Shown one piece after another: positions 14,880 through 23,961 of a stretch of DNA of 64,000 bases. Below the pieces are notes generated by a model that was given only the letters and a program-made list of their open reading frames with translations, did no database searches and was not told the DNA's origin. The position numbers and the translations under genes were made by a program. The stretch spans positions 7,659 through 71,658 of the forward strand of contig CANQIO010000001.1 of the NCBI GenBank assembly GCA_947624065.1, written 5' to 3'. The stretch comes from an uncultured Oscillospiraceae bacterium (lineage in GTDB: Bacteria; Bacillota; Clostridia; Oscillospirales; Oscillospiraceae). Numbering within the stretch: the stretch's first letter is position 1; every line of letters begins with the position of its first letter.

Positions 14880-15863
14880 TCATAATCCGCAAAATTCCCC
14901 GTACCGTCCCGCCAGGCCGCTGCGGGCGTCCTCCCCCTTCCATGGCAGGGTCAGAGCCCGGTCCGCCAGGGCGGTGAAGTCCTCCCACCGCCGCGCCTTT
15001 CCCATGGGCTTGGCCAGCGCCTGGCCGCCCTCCAGGCCCGGCAGCAGCAGCGCCCAGATGGCCTTCATCCGGTGGATGGCGCTGCCGGGGCCGCCAAAGG
15101 CGTCGCAGTAGGCCCGGCACAGGTCCTCGTGGAACCGCCGCATAGCGTCCTGCTGTACCTGTGCGCCCCGCAGCCGGGCAGCGAGCCCCGGATCGGCCGC
15201 CAGCCCCCGGCCGATCATCACCGCCGAGAGCTGGGGAAACCGCGCCTGCAGCGCGCCTACGTCCGCCGCCGTGCGCACGTCGCCGTTGTAGCACACCGGC
15301 GCGCGGCTGGCCGCCAGCGCGGCGGCGAAGGCGTCCGGATGGACAGGGCCGGCGTACATCTCCGCCTTGGTGCGGGCGTGGACAGTGAGCCGTACGATGG
15401 GATAGTCGTTAAAAACGTCCACCAGCGCCGGGAACTCCTCCGGGTCCCGGACGCCCAGCCGGGTCTTGACGGATACCCGCACGGGGCAGGCGGCAAATAT
15501 GCCGTCCAGCAGCCGGCGCAGCCCGTCCCGGTCCGCCAGCAGGCCCGCCCCCTTCCCCTTGGCGGTGACGGTGCCGGAGGGGCAGCCCGCGTTCAGGTCC
15601 ACCTCCCCGTAGCCCATGTCCGCCAGCGTCCGTGCCGCCCAGAGAAAGTCGGCGGCGTTCTTGGTCAAAAGCTGGGGCGTCAGGGGCACGTCCCGGTTGT
15701 TCTCCGGCAGCACCTGCCGCAGCTCGCGGGGCGGGAAAACATGGTTCTGCGTGGGGCTGAGAAAGGGCGTGAAATATCGGTCCACGCCGGGAAAATACCG
15801 CCGGTGCAGCCGGCGGTAGATGTGGTCGGTGATGCCCTCCAGGGGCGCGAAAAGCAGTTCCAT
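14880..15863 (-). CDS. tRNA-dihydrouridine synthase (Dus family)
   Basis: MELLFAPLEGITD, VDLNAGCPS and the TIM-barrel flavoenzyme pattern. The start is set at ATG 15863. The upstream part of the track ORF starts on TTG and is non-homologous. Confidence 0.85.
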   Translation of the reverse strand: MELLFAPLEGITDHIYRRLHRRYFPGVDRYFTPFLSPTQNHVFPPRELRQVLPENNRDVPLTPQLLTKNAADFLWAARTLADMGYGEVDLNAGCPSGTVTAKGKGAGLLADRDGLRRLLDGIFAACPVRVSVKTRLGVRDPEEFPALVDVFNDYPIVRLTVHARTKAEMYAGPVHPDAFAAALAASRAPVCYNGDVRTAADVGALQARFPQLSAVMIGRGLAADPGLAARLRGAQVQQDAMRRFHEDLCRAYCDAFGGPGSAIHRMKAIWALLLPGLEGGQALAKPMGKARRWEDFTALADRALTLPWKGEDARSGLAGRYGEFCGL

Positions 15864-15870
15864 GGGCCGT

Positions 15871-15899
15871 ATTGTAGCATATCTCTCCCCGCGCTGCAA
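15871..15899 (-). promoter_or_regulatory. Putative promoter (-35 TTGCAG, 17 nt, TG-extended -10 TACAAT) ending 7 nt before the dus ATG
   Basis: The reverse complement reads TTGCAG-cgcggggagagatatgc-TACAAT-acggccc-ATG. There is no SD between the -10 and the ATG. Confidence 0.4.
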
Positions 15900-15962
15900 G
15901 CTCTTGCCAACTGTGCGCGGCTATGGTAGAATTTCCGCGAGATCAGGAAAGGGGCGCGGCTT

Positions 15963-16646
15963 ATGATCCGGGAGATCCACTCGGAAAAGGATATGGAGCG
16001 GCTGGTGCTGGAATGGGGCCTGCTGCCGTTTTTCAAAAATGACATCCCAGGCTTCTCCATCGAGGAGCACACCCCGCCGGAGCTGTGGTATGACAGCGAG
16101 AGCGGCGAATGGGCGCCCTGGGACTGGAAGGGCCCGGTGGCCCGGATGGGCACCTGCGCATACGGGAAGCTCTTCTGGAAAAAGGCCGGCTTCGTGAGCA
16201 TGGAGTGGTTCCCGGACCTGGCGAACTGGCGCCGGGACGGCTACGATTTCGACGCCCGGTATGACGACGAGCTGGCCTCCTATAAGGACAAGGAGATCTA
16301 TGACGCCATCGCGAAAAACGGATCGCTCCAGACCGGCCGGCTCAAGCAGCTTTGCGGCTACGGAGGCCAAGACGGCAAAAAGGGCTTCGAGACGGTGATC
16401 ACCCGCCTGCAGATGCAGACCTATGTCACCGTGGCGGACTTCGACTATGCCACCGACAAGCACGGCGTCCCCTACGGCTGGGGCATCGCCCGCTGGTCCA
16501 CCCCGGAGGCCATCTTCGGCTACGACGCCGTCACCGCCGCCTATGGCCGCGCGCCGGCCCAATCCCGGCAACGGCTGATGGAGCACCTGCAAAAGCGTCT
16601 GCCCCACGCGACAGAAAAGCAGCTCGCAAAGCTGCTGAGCCTGTAA
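15963..16646 (+). CDS. Conserved hypothetical protein, Trp-rich, function unknown
   Basis: 227 aa with RBS AGGAAAGGGG and codon composition typical of the host. I cannot confidently assign a family by eye. It has a vague resemblance to AlkZ/YcaQ-related winged-helix proteins. Confidence 0.6.
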   Translation: MIREIHSEKDMERLVLEWGLLPFFKNDIPGFSIEEHTPPELWYDSESGEWAPWDWKGPVARMGTCAYGKLFWKKAGFVSMEWFPDLANWRRDGYDFDARYDDELASYKDKEIYDAIAKNGSLQTGRLKQLCGYGGQDGKKGFETVITRLQMQTYVTVADFDYATDKHGVPYGWGIARWSTPEAIFGYDAVTAAYGRAPAQSRQRLMEHLQKRLPHATEKQLAKLLSL

Positions 16647-16666
16647 TCGATCCCTTGAATAGCGGC

Positions 16667-16702
16667 GCTCCGCATGCTTTCCCGTCGGAAAGCGTGCGGA
16701 GC
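16667..16702. terminator. 16-bp-stem hairpin between convergent genes (bidirectional terminator)
   Basis: GCTCCGCATGCTTTCC-cgtc-GGAAAGCGTGCGGAGC (one G-U pair), followed by TTTCATGC. Confidence 0.75.
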
Positions 16703-16711
16703 TTTCATGCT

Positions 16712-17503
16712 CTATGGATGCTCTTTGATGTGGGTGACCTCCCATGTCCCGTCCGAGGCCTTTTCCAGCGACCACAGGGCCGGGATGTCCCAGCTGCCGG
16801 TGACGGTGTTCCCGTCCGCGTCCAGGCCCTCCTGGCTGTACCAGACCCACATGAGACCTTCGCTGCCGTAAAACCGGGCGGACCAGAGCTTGAGCGTATG
16901 GCGCTCCGACACCGCCGTGGGATAGCTGTCGGCGCAGATGACATAGCGGCTCAGAGCGCCGTATTTTTCCTGGGCCTCCTCCCTGCTGAGCCCCAGCTCG
17001 GCAAAGGCCAGCTCCGCCTTTGCCAGCACCGTTTTGGCGGCGCGCCGGTCCTCCCGCGAGCCGATGTAGGCCAGCAGGGACACCTCGCCCGTATCATAAT
17101 AGCTTGGCTGCCATACCTTGGCGATGCGATATATCGGGAACCAGTGCAGCGCCAGCGCTGCCAGCAGCACCGCGGCGACGCAGACGCATGCCGCGGTCCA
17201 TGCCCGCCGCTGCTGGGCGCGGCTTGCCCGCACCGTCTCGGTATAGACCACCGTCAGCGCCTCCCGGGGCGCCTGCGGCTGCCGCTGCCGCTCACAGCGC
17301 AGCACCTCCAGCACGCTCATGTCCAGGGCCGCGGCGATGTCGTCGAGCTTCGTCACGTCGGGCAGGCACTTGCCCCGCTCCCATTTGCTGACCGCCGCCG
17401 TGGTGACGTGCAGCCTCTCCGCCAGCTGCGCCTGGGTCAGGCCGGCCTCCTGACGGGCGTTTTTCAAAAAGGGGCCAAACCGCGCCGGTTCCATATCCAT
17501 CAC
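16712..17503 (-). CDS. Membrane-anchored XRE-family HTH protein (HTH, one TM, extracytoplasmic domain)
   Basis: LKNARQEAGLTQAQLAERLHVTTAAVSKWERGKCLPD, followed by the TM segment AWTAACVCVAAVLLAALALHWF. Confidence 0.75.
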   Translation of the reverse strand: MMDMEPARFGPFLKNARQEAGLTQAQLAERLHVTTAAVSKWERGKCLPDVTKLDDIAAALDMSVLEVLRCERQRQPQAPREALTVVYTETVRASRAQQRRAWTAACVCVAAVLLAALALHWFPIYRIAKVWQPSYYDTGEVSLLAYIGSREDRRAAKTVLAKAELAFAELGLSREEAQEKYGALSRYVICADSYPTAVSERHTLKLWSARFYGSEGLMWVWYSQEGLDADGNTVTGSWDIPALWSLEKASDGTWEVTHIKEHP

Positions 17504-17727
17504 CTCATGCCCAGCATACCACCCAGGGCCCGGTTTTGTAAATCGACCGGTGGTCGAATCGCCCTTTTTCGTCCAAGACCGGACCGTGGACCCGTAAGTA
17601 CAGGGCCGCCAGTCACATGACCCTTTCCCGGCGGAAAGAAGCCGTCAAAAAATGGGGTTTTTCATTGTATGCTCCCGGTTTTTATGATAAGATAGGGACG
17701 CTATATCACCACATAAGGGGAACGGCT

Positions 17728-19749
17728 ATGAGATTTGAAAACGATAACGGCGCGCTGGTCGGCCATCACAACGGCGAGACACTGCGCATCGAGGCATGGG
17801 GCAAGGACTCCCTCCGGGTCAGGAGCACCATGCTGGGCCGGTTCATGGACGAGAACTGGGCCCTGACGGAAAAGCCGGAGAAAACGGAGCCGACCGTCCA
17901 GATCAAAAAGGCCGACCGCTGGGCGGGCTATGGGACGCTCGGCACGCATGAGATCGCCAGCATCACCAATGGCCGGGTACGGGCCGAGGTCAACTTCATG
18001 GGCGTCATCTCCTTTTACCGGGACGACGCGCTCATCCTCCGGGAGTATTACCGCATGTATGACGGGACGATCTCCCGGGGCAGCCGCTGCCTGAAGGTAG
18101 TCAACCGGGAATGGAAAGGCGTCATCGGCGGGACGGAATACGCCCTGCATGTGAAGTTCGATCCCAACCCCGGCGAGAGCATCTTCGGCATGGGGCAGTA
18201 TCAGCACGGCTGCCTGGATCTGAAGGGCTGCGTGCTGGAGCTGGCCCAGCGCAACTCCCAGATCTCTGTGCCCTTCGCCGTGTCCTCCCTGGGATACGGG
18301 TTTTTGTGGAACAACCCCGCCGTGGGCCGCGTCACTTTCGGCAAGAACTATACCGAGTGGATCGCCAGCGCCACACGGGAGATGGACTATTACATCACCG
18401 TGGCGGACACCCCCAGGGACATCCTCTTCAACTATACCGCCGCCACCGGCCGGGCAGACATGTTCCCGGAGGACCGGATGGGGCTTTGGCAGTGCAAGCT
18501 GCGCTACCGGACCCAGGACGAGGTGCTCTCTGTGGCCCGCCGGTATCGGGACGAGGGCATCAGGATCGATCAGATCGTGATCGACTTCTTCCACTGGACC
18601 GTCCAGGGCGACTGGAAGTTCGACGCCCGGTACTGGCCCGATCCCAAGGCGATGGTGGACGAGTTGCACAGCATGGGCATCAAGGTGATCGTGTCCGTGT
18701 GGCCCTCGGTGGACCGGCGCAGCGAGAATTTCTATCCCATGATGGAGCGGGGCCTGCTCATCCGGACCGAGCGGGGCGCCGCCCAGACCTACGACTACCA
18801 GGGCGACTGCGTGGAGATCGACCCCTTCAACCCGGAGACCCGCCGGTATATCTGGGACGTGTGCAAGCGCAACTATTATGACCTGGGCATCGACGCCTTC
18901 TGGCTGGACAACTCAGAGCCGGATTACGGCGTCTACGACTTCGACCACTACCGCTACAGCGCCGGGCCCGCGCTGGCCGTCAGCAACCTGTACCCCCAGA
19001 TGTACAGCCGCGCGTTTTACGACGAGATGCGAAAGACCGGCAAGCCGGTGGTGAACCTGCTCCGGTGCGCCTGGGCCGGCTCCCAGAAATACGGCAACGT
19101 GATCTGGTCCGGGGATGTGCCTTCCACCTTCGAGGCGTTCGCCGACCAGCTCCGGGCCGGGCTGAACATGGGCCTGGCGGGCATCCCCTGGTGGACCACC
19201 GACATCGGCGGCTTCATGACGGACGATGTGAACGACCCGGCCTTCCGGCAGCTTCTCATCCGCTGGTACCAGTTCGCCGTCTATTCGGCGGTGCTGCGCA
19301 TGCACGGCGACCGGGGCCCCTATGATATCCCCGCCCTGGACGACCGGGACTGGGGCGGGGGGTATCTGCACACCGGCCAGCCCAACGAGCTGTGGAGCTA
19401 CGGCGAGGACAACTACCGGATCATGCGCAAATACTACGACATCCGCATCGGCATGCACGACTATATCAAGAGTCTCTATGAGCAGGCCCATACCGACGGC
19501 TCGCCCCTGATCCGCACCATGTTCTATGAGTTCCCCGACGACCCCATCTGCTGGCAGCTGACGGACCAGTACATGTTCGGCGGCCGCTATCTGGTGGCAC
19601 CGATATTGCATCTTGACCAGTTCCAGCGGCAGGTCTACCTCCCCGCGGGGACCTGGACGCTCACGTCCACCGGCGAGGCATATGCCGGCGGGCAGACGGT
19701 GACGGTGGACGCGCCCATCGAATACATGCCCGTATTCCAACGGGACTGA
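17728..19749 (+). CDS. Glycoside hydrolase family 31 (alpha-xylosidase/alpha-glucosidase type), cytoplasmic
   Basis: GH31 motifs IDAFWLDNSEPD (nucleophile region), VIWSGDV and WWTTDIGGF. The start at ATG 17728 follows AAGGGGA. No signal peptide. Confidence 0.9.
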   Translation: MRFENDNGALVGHHNGETLRIEAWGKDSLRVRSTMLGRFMDENWALTEKPEKTEPTVQIKKADRWAGYGTLGTHEIASITNGRVRAEVNFMGVISFYRDDALILREYYRMYDGTISRGSRCLKVVNREWKGVIGGTEYALHVKFDPNPGESIFGMGQYQHGCLDLKGCVLELAQRNSQISVPFAVSSLGYGFLWNNPAVGRVTFGKNYTEWIASATREMDYYITVADTPRDILFNYTAATGRADMFPEDRMGLWQCKLRYRTQDEVLSVARRYRDEGIRIDQIVIDFFHWTVQGDWKFDARYWPDPKAMVDELHSMGIKVIVSVWPSVDRRSENFYPMMERGLLIRTERGAAQTYDYQGDCVEIDPFNPETRRYIWDVCKRNYYDLGIDAFWLDNSEPDYGVYDFDHYRYSAGPALAVSNLYPQMYSRAFYDEMRKTGKPVVNLLRCAWAGSQKYGNVIWSGDVPSTFEAFADQLRAGLNMGLAGIPWWTTDIGGFMTDDVNDPAFRQLLIRWYQFAVYSAVLRMHGDRGPYDIPALDDRDWGGGYLHTGQPNELWSYGEDNYRIMRKYYDIRIGMHDYIKSLYEQAHTDGSPLIRTMFYEFPDDPICWQLTDQYMFGGRYLVAPILHLDQFQRQVYLPAGTWTLTSTGEAYAGGQTVTVDAPIEYMPVFQRD

Positions 19750-19788
19750 CCGAGCCGCCACGCTTTCAAAACGACAGGGAGGAAAGGT

Positions 19789-20766
19789 ATGGATATTTTC
19801 ACTGAAAAGCTGGCCCCCAACGGGGCGGAGCTGACCTGTTATCTGCAGCAGGACAGCTGGGAGATGCCCACGGCGAGCGTCCGGCCCGCCATGCTGGTCA
19901 TCCCCGGCGGCGGGTATGTCATGTGCTCGGACCGGGAGGCGGAGCCCATCGCCCTGGCCTATCTGGCCGAGGGCTTCAACGCCTTCGTGCTGCGCTACAG
20001 CGTGGATGGCAAGCCCTGGGAGCGGGCCTATGAGGACGGCACGGCGGCGCTGCGCTATATCCGGGAACACGCCGGCGAGCTGCACATCGACCCGGCCAAG
20101 GTGGCCGCCATCGGCTTTTCCGCGGGCGGGCATCTGGCGGCCTGCCTGGGCGCCATGGGGCCGGAAAAGCCCGACGCGCTACTGCTGGGCTACCCCGTCA
20201 TCCTGCCCGAGATGGGCCCGCCCATGGGCCTGGAGATCCCCGATGCCAGCGCGAGCGTGGATTGGACCACGCCGCCCAGCTTCCTTTTCGCCAGCTCTGA
20301 CGACGGCTGCGTGCCGGTGGAGAACGCTCTCCGCTTCGCCCAGGCGCTGGCGAAAAACGCGGTCTACTTTGAGATGCGCGTCTATCTCCAGGCCGGCCAC
20401 GGCTTCTCCACCGGCAAGGCCGCTCACGCCAATGGCAATCCCACCAACGCCGTGCCGGACACCCAGGACTGGCTGCCGGACAGTGTGCGCTTTCTCCGGC
20501 ATGTGTTCGGGGACTTCCCCCTGGACGGCAAGCCCCAGCCGGGCACGCTGCCGCCGGCGGACCGCTTCGGACCGGACACGCCCATCCGCCGTCTGGCCGC
20601 CTGCCCCGCCTGCGTGTCCGCCATGGAGGCGGCCTCCCCCGGTCTTGTGCGGTCCCTCCGGGCCAATCCCATGGAGAGCGGCAAGTCCCTTCGGATGTTC
20701 GCCCAGGAGGGCAGGATCTCCCAGGAGCTGCTGCAAACGCTGTCCGAAAAGCTGGGAGCGCTCTGA
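19789..20766 (+). CDS. Alpha/beta-hydrolase esterase (acetyl/feruloyl-esterase-like) with an extra C-terminal segment of about 70 aa
   Basis: LVIPGGGYVMCS oxyanion region and GFSAGGHLAA nucleophile elbow. RBS GGGAGGAAAGG is present. Confidence 0.8.
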   Translation: MDIFTEKLAPNGAELTCYLQQDSWEMPTASVRPAMLVIPGGGYVMCSDREAEPIALAYLAEGFNAFVLRYSVDGKPWERAYEDGTAALRYIREHAGELHIDPAKVAAIGFSAGGHLAACLGAMGPEKPDALLLGYPVILPEMGPPMGLEIPDASASVDWTTPPSFLFASSDDGCVPVENALRFAQALAKNAVYFEMRVYLQAGHGFSTGKAAHANGNPTNAVPDTQDWLPDSVRFLRHVFGDFPLDGKPQPGTLPPADRFGPDTPIRRLAACPACVSAMEAASPGLVRSLRANPMESGKSLRMFAQEGRISQELLQTLSEKLGAL

Positions 20767-20782
20767 AAAACGCCACAGAAAA

Positions 20783-20811
20783 CCCCGCCCTGGGATCATC
20801 CCAGGGCGGGG
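20783..20811. terminator. Terminator hairpin at the end of the long minus-strand glycan operon (also follows the plus-strand esterase gene)
   Basis: CCCCGCCCTGGGAT-c-ATCCCAGGGCGGGG. The minus-strand transcript continues into TTTTCTGTGGCGTTTT. Confidence 0.65.
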
Positions 20812-20857
20812 CTCATTATATCTGCCGCGCGGCCGTTTCCTCCCGGCCGCATGCCGC

Positions 20858-21988
20858 TCACCTTCCGTCCACCGCCGCATAGATGCGCTCCATCAGCGCG
20901 GGATGCAGCTCGGAATAGTTGGGCAGGTAGTTGAGCACATGCTGCACGTAAAACACGCTCAGCTGCCGTTTGGGCTCCATCAGCGCCAGCGCGCCCGCCG
21001 CGCCGTCCCAGCCGAACTCCCCCTTGGGGAAGCGGTCGTCCACCAGATGCACCCGCATACCCAGGGCGTACCCCTCCGGGGCGGGCTTCATGGTGTTGTT
21101 GTAGTCCGCCAAGGTCTGGCCGGCGAGCTGGTTGGTGCGCATCAGCTCGACGGTCTCCGGGGCCAGGATGCGCGCGCCGTTGGCCCCCACGCCGCCGCAG
21201 GCGAGCGCGTCCACGAAGGGGATGTAATCCTCCGCCCGGCAGCAGATGCCCGCGCCGCCGGAGTCATACTCCGCCGTGAGCTGGTGGGAGTTGTCCTTTC
21301 CCGCCAGGAAAAATTCCTTGCGCTGGTCGTGCCAGCAGATCTGCGCCGGCATGCGCGCAAGCTCCCGATCTCCCGGCCGGAAAGTGATGCCCCTGATCCC
21401 CAGGGGCGCGGTGATGTGCCGGGCGATGTAGTCGGAAAACCGCTCGCCGGAGATCACCTCGATCACCGCGGCCATCACGTCGTGGCACATGCTGTAGCAA
21501 AAATGCGTCCCCGGATCGAAGGCGAGCGGCTCGCCTGCCAGCATCCGGATGAGCTCCTGCGTCCCGGCGTTTTTCGCCTGGGCCGCCTGGATGGCGGGCA
21601 GGGTCTGATCGTAGGTGAACCCGCCCGTCATGGTCATGAGGTGCCGGAGCGTCAGCGTGGTCCGCGCCGGCCGGACGCTGTCCCCCTCCCGGACCGTGAG
21701 CGCGCCCAGCTCCGGGATATATTTGCCCGCCGGATCATCCAGCCTCAGCTTGTCCTGCTCCCAGAGCTGGAGCGCGGCGGTCATGGTCATGAGCTTGGTG
21801 CAGGAATAGATCCAGTACCACTCCCCGCCACGAAGGGGATCGCTGAGCGCACCCCAGCCCATATGGCCCGCCCAGTGGCGGTACAGGACCTTGTGGTCCT
21901 GGGCCACGATGCACTCGCAGGCGGGCACGCCCCAGCGGGCGTCCACGCCGTCCAGGAAATCTGTGACCGGCTGGAAGTTCACAGCCAC
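20858..21988 (-). CDS. Serine hydrolase of the beta-lactamase/transpeptidase fold (class-C-like; probable esterase)
   Basis: SxxK motif in IYSCTKLMT. 376 aa. The GTG start overlaps the GH42 stop by 10 nt, with GAGGGAGG upstream. Confidence 0.85.
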   Translation of the reverse strand: MAVNFQPVTDFLDGVDARWGVPACECIVAQDHKVLYRHWAGHMGWGALSDPLRGGEWYWIYSCTKLMTMTAALQLWEQDKLRLDDPAGKYIPELGALTVREGDSVRPARTTLTLRHLMTMTGGFTYDQTLPAIQAAQAKNAGTQELIRMLAGEPLAFDPGTHFCYSMCHDVMAAVIEVISGERFSDYIARHITAPLGIRGITFRPGDRELARMPAQICWHDQRKEFFLAGKDNSHQLTAEYDSGGAGICCRAEDYIPFVDALACGGVGANGARILAPETVELMRTNQLAGQTLADYNNTMKPAPEGYALGMRVHLVDDRFPKGEFGWDGAAGALALMEPKRQLSVFYVQHVLNYLPNYSELHPALMERIYAAVDGR

Positions 21989-23943
21989 TCGCCTCCCTCA
22001 GTCTCGATCTTCATCTCCAGAGGCCGCAGCGTGACCCGCTGCTCACCCAGGGCAAAGCTCTTGCCGCGCAGGGTATTGTTGAAGAAGAAGCGATAGCGGC
22101 CATCCGCGCCGCTTCGCGTCGTCACCTCCACCCCGTCGGGCAGGCCGGGCAGCGCCGGGATGGACTGCTCCCGGAAGATCTCGGTAAGGAGCGCCCGGTA
22201 CAGCGCCCTCTCGCCCACCGCGCCGATATAATAAGCGCGGCCCGCGCCGAAGGCGTTTTTCGTGGCCGCCGCCGCGCCGGCATAGAACTTCTCCGTATAC
22301 CGGGCCCAGACCTGGGCCCCCTCCGGCTCCAGGATATCGCACCAGCCGGTGACGGTGAAGCTGCCGCCGTTGGCCGCGGCGATGCGCACGCGCCGCTCGC
22401 CGATGGCGTCGTACTCCGCCACCCGGCAGCCGCACAGCCGCCGGAACGCCGTGGGCAGCGCCTCGCCGAAGATGCAGTTATTATGCTCGTCCTTCACGCC
22501 GCTGCGGTTCGTGAGCACCACGGTGCCGCCCGCAGCGGCGAAAGCCTCCAGCCGCGCCGCCAGGGAACGGTCCGTCACATAGTGGGTGGGGACCAGCACC
22601 ACCTTATAGCTATCCAGCGGCGTGTCCTCGGCCACCACGTCCACGTTGACTCCCAGGCCCATGCAGGCGTCATGGAACAGCTTCAGCTGGGTCCAATAGG
22701 CAAAATTCCGGGACTGGCGCTGGTTCTTGAGGGCGAACTCCTGGTCCGCGCCGTACAACAGCGCCACGTCGCTGCGCAGACCGGTCCCATCCAGCGCCGG
22801 CAGCTTTTCCAGCCGGCGGCAGAAATCCCCGATCTCCTTCAAACGGCGGTTGTCCCGGTTGTCGTGGTCCAGCACGCCGTGGCCCAGCATCTCCGCGCCC
22901 GAGCAGGAGGAGCGCCAGCGGAAAAAGCTCACCAGGTCCGCCCCGTGAGCCACGGTCTGCATCGCGTAGCCCTCGATCATGCCCGGCTCCGGCGCGGGGC
23001 CCATGGGGCTCCAGCATCCGCCCGCGCCGCCCAGCTGCTCCAGGATCCAGAAGTTCTTGCGCTTGAAGCCCCGGATGAAGTCCAGTGCGAACGCGTTGGA
23101 GTAGAGCGTCTCCGGGTCATCCGGCACGTCCATGGGCGGGTAGTTGTCATAGGCGGCCACGTCCAGCTGGGCAAATTCCTGGTGGAAGTCCGGCATGTTG
23201 CCGCAGAAGCAGCTGTTGGTGGTGACGATGGCGTCCGGGTCATAGCGCCGGATGAGCTGGCGCTGCCACTGGACATAGTCCGCCGTGCACCAGGCGGCAA
23301 AGCGCTCATAGTCCAGCATGAAGGCGGGATTGTGCCAGTCCGGCAGGCAGTCCGGGGCCAGCAGCGGCTGGACCTGCTCCCAGCGGGAGATCTGGCCGCT
23401 CCAGACGTCGGCGCCCCAGGCCCGATCCAGGGCCTCCACCGTGCCGTACTTCTCCTCCAGCCAGCGGCGGAACGCCTCCCGGCAGGAGGGGCAGGTGCAG
23501 TGGTTGCTCTCCAGCTCGTTGTCGATCTGCCAGGCATAGACCTCCGGACGGCCGGCATAGCGCTTGGCCATCTCGTCCACGATCCGGCCGGCATAGCGGC
23601 GGAACACCGGGCTCTGGATGCACCGGTGGCCCCGGATGCCGACGTCCGTGGGGCGGCCGTTCCGGCCCCACTGGACCGTCTCCGGGTGGTCTGTATAGAG
23701 CCACACCGGGGCGCTGTTGGTGGGGGTGCACAGGATCACCTGCATCCCATGGCGGGCGATGATCCCGATGGCCTCATCCAGCCAGCCGAAGTCAAAGCGC
23801 CCTTCCTCCGGCTCCATCCTGCCCCAGGCAAATTCCGCCAGGCGCACCACATGCACGCCCAGCGCCTTCATCCGGGCGGCGTCCTCTTCCCACAGGGAGC
23901 GGTCCCAGTGTTCAGGGTAATAGGCCATTCCGACCTTGATCAT
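21979..23943 (-). CDS. Glycoside hydrolase family 42 beta-galactosidase
   Basis: MIKVGMAYYPEHWDRSLWEEDAARMKALGVHVVRLAEFAWGRMEPEEGRFDF is the canonical GH42 N-terminus. 654 aa. RBS GGAGGAGGG is present. Confidence 0.92.
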   Translation of the reverse strand: MIKVGMAYYPEHWDRSLWEEDAARMKALGVHVVRLAEFAWGRMEPEEGRFDFGWLDEAIGIIARHGMQVILCTPTNSAPVWLYTDHPETVQWGRNGRPTDVGIRGHRCIQSPVFRRYAGRIVDEMAKRYAGRPEVYAWQIDNELESNHCTCPSCREAFRRWLEEKYGTVEALDRAWGADVWSGQISRWEQVQPLLAPDCLPDWHNPAFMLDYERFAAWCTADYVQWQRQLIRRYDPDAIVTTNSCFCGNMPDFHQEFAQLDVAAYDNYPPMDVPDDPETLYSNAFALDFIRGFKRKNFWILEQLGGAGGCWSPMGPAPEPGMIEGYAMQTVAHGADLVSFFRWRSSCSGAEMLGHGVLDHDNRDNRRLKEIGDFCRRLEKLPALDGTGLRSDVALLYGADQEFALKNQRQSRNFAYWTQLKLFHDACMGLGVNVDVVAEDTPLDSYKVVLVPTHYVTDRSLAARLEAFAAAGGTVVLTNRSGVKDEHNNCIFGEALPTAFRRLCGCRVAEYDAIGERRVRIAAANGGSFTVTGWCDILEPEGAQVWARYTEKFYAGAAAATKNAFGAGRAYYIGAVGERALYRALLTEIFREQSIPALPGLPDGVEVTTRSGADGRYRFFFNNTLRGKSFALGEQRVTLRPLEMKIETEGGEWL

Positions 23944-23961
23944 ATCGGTCCCTCCTCCGCT

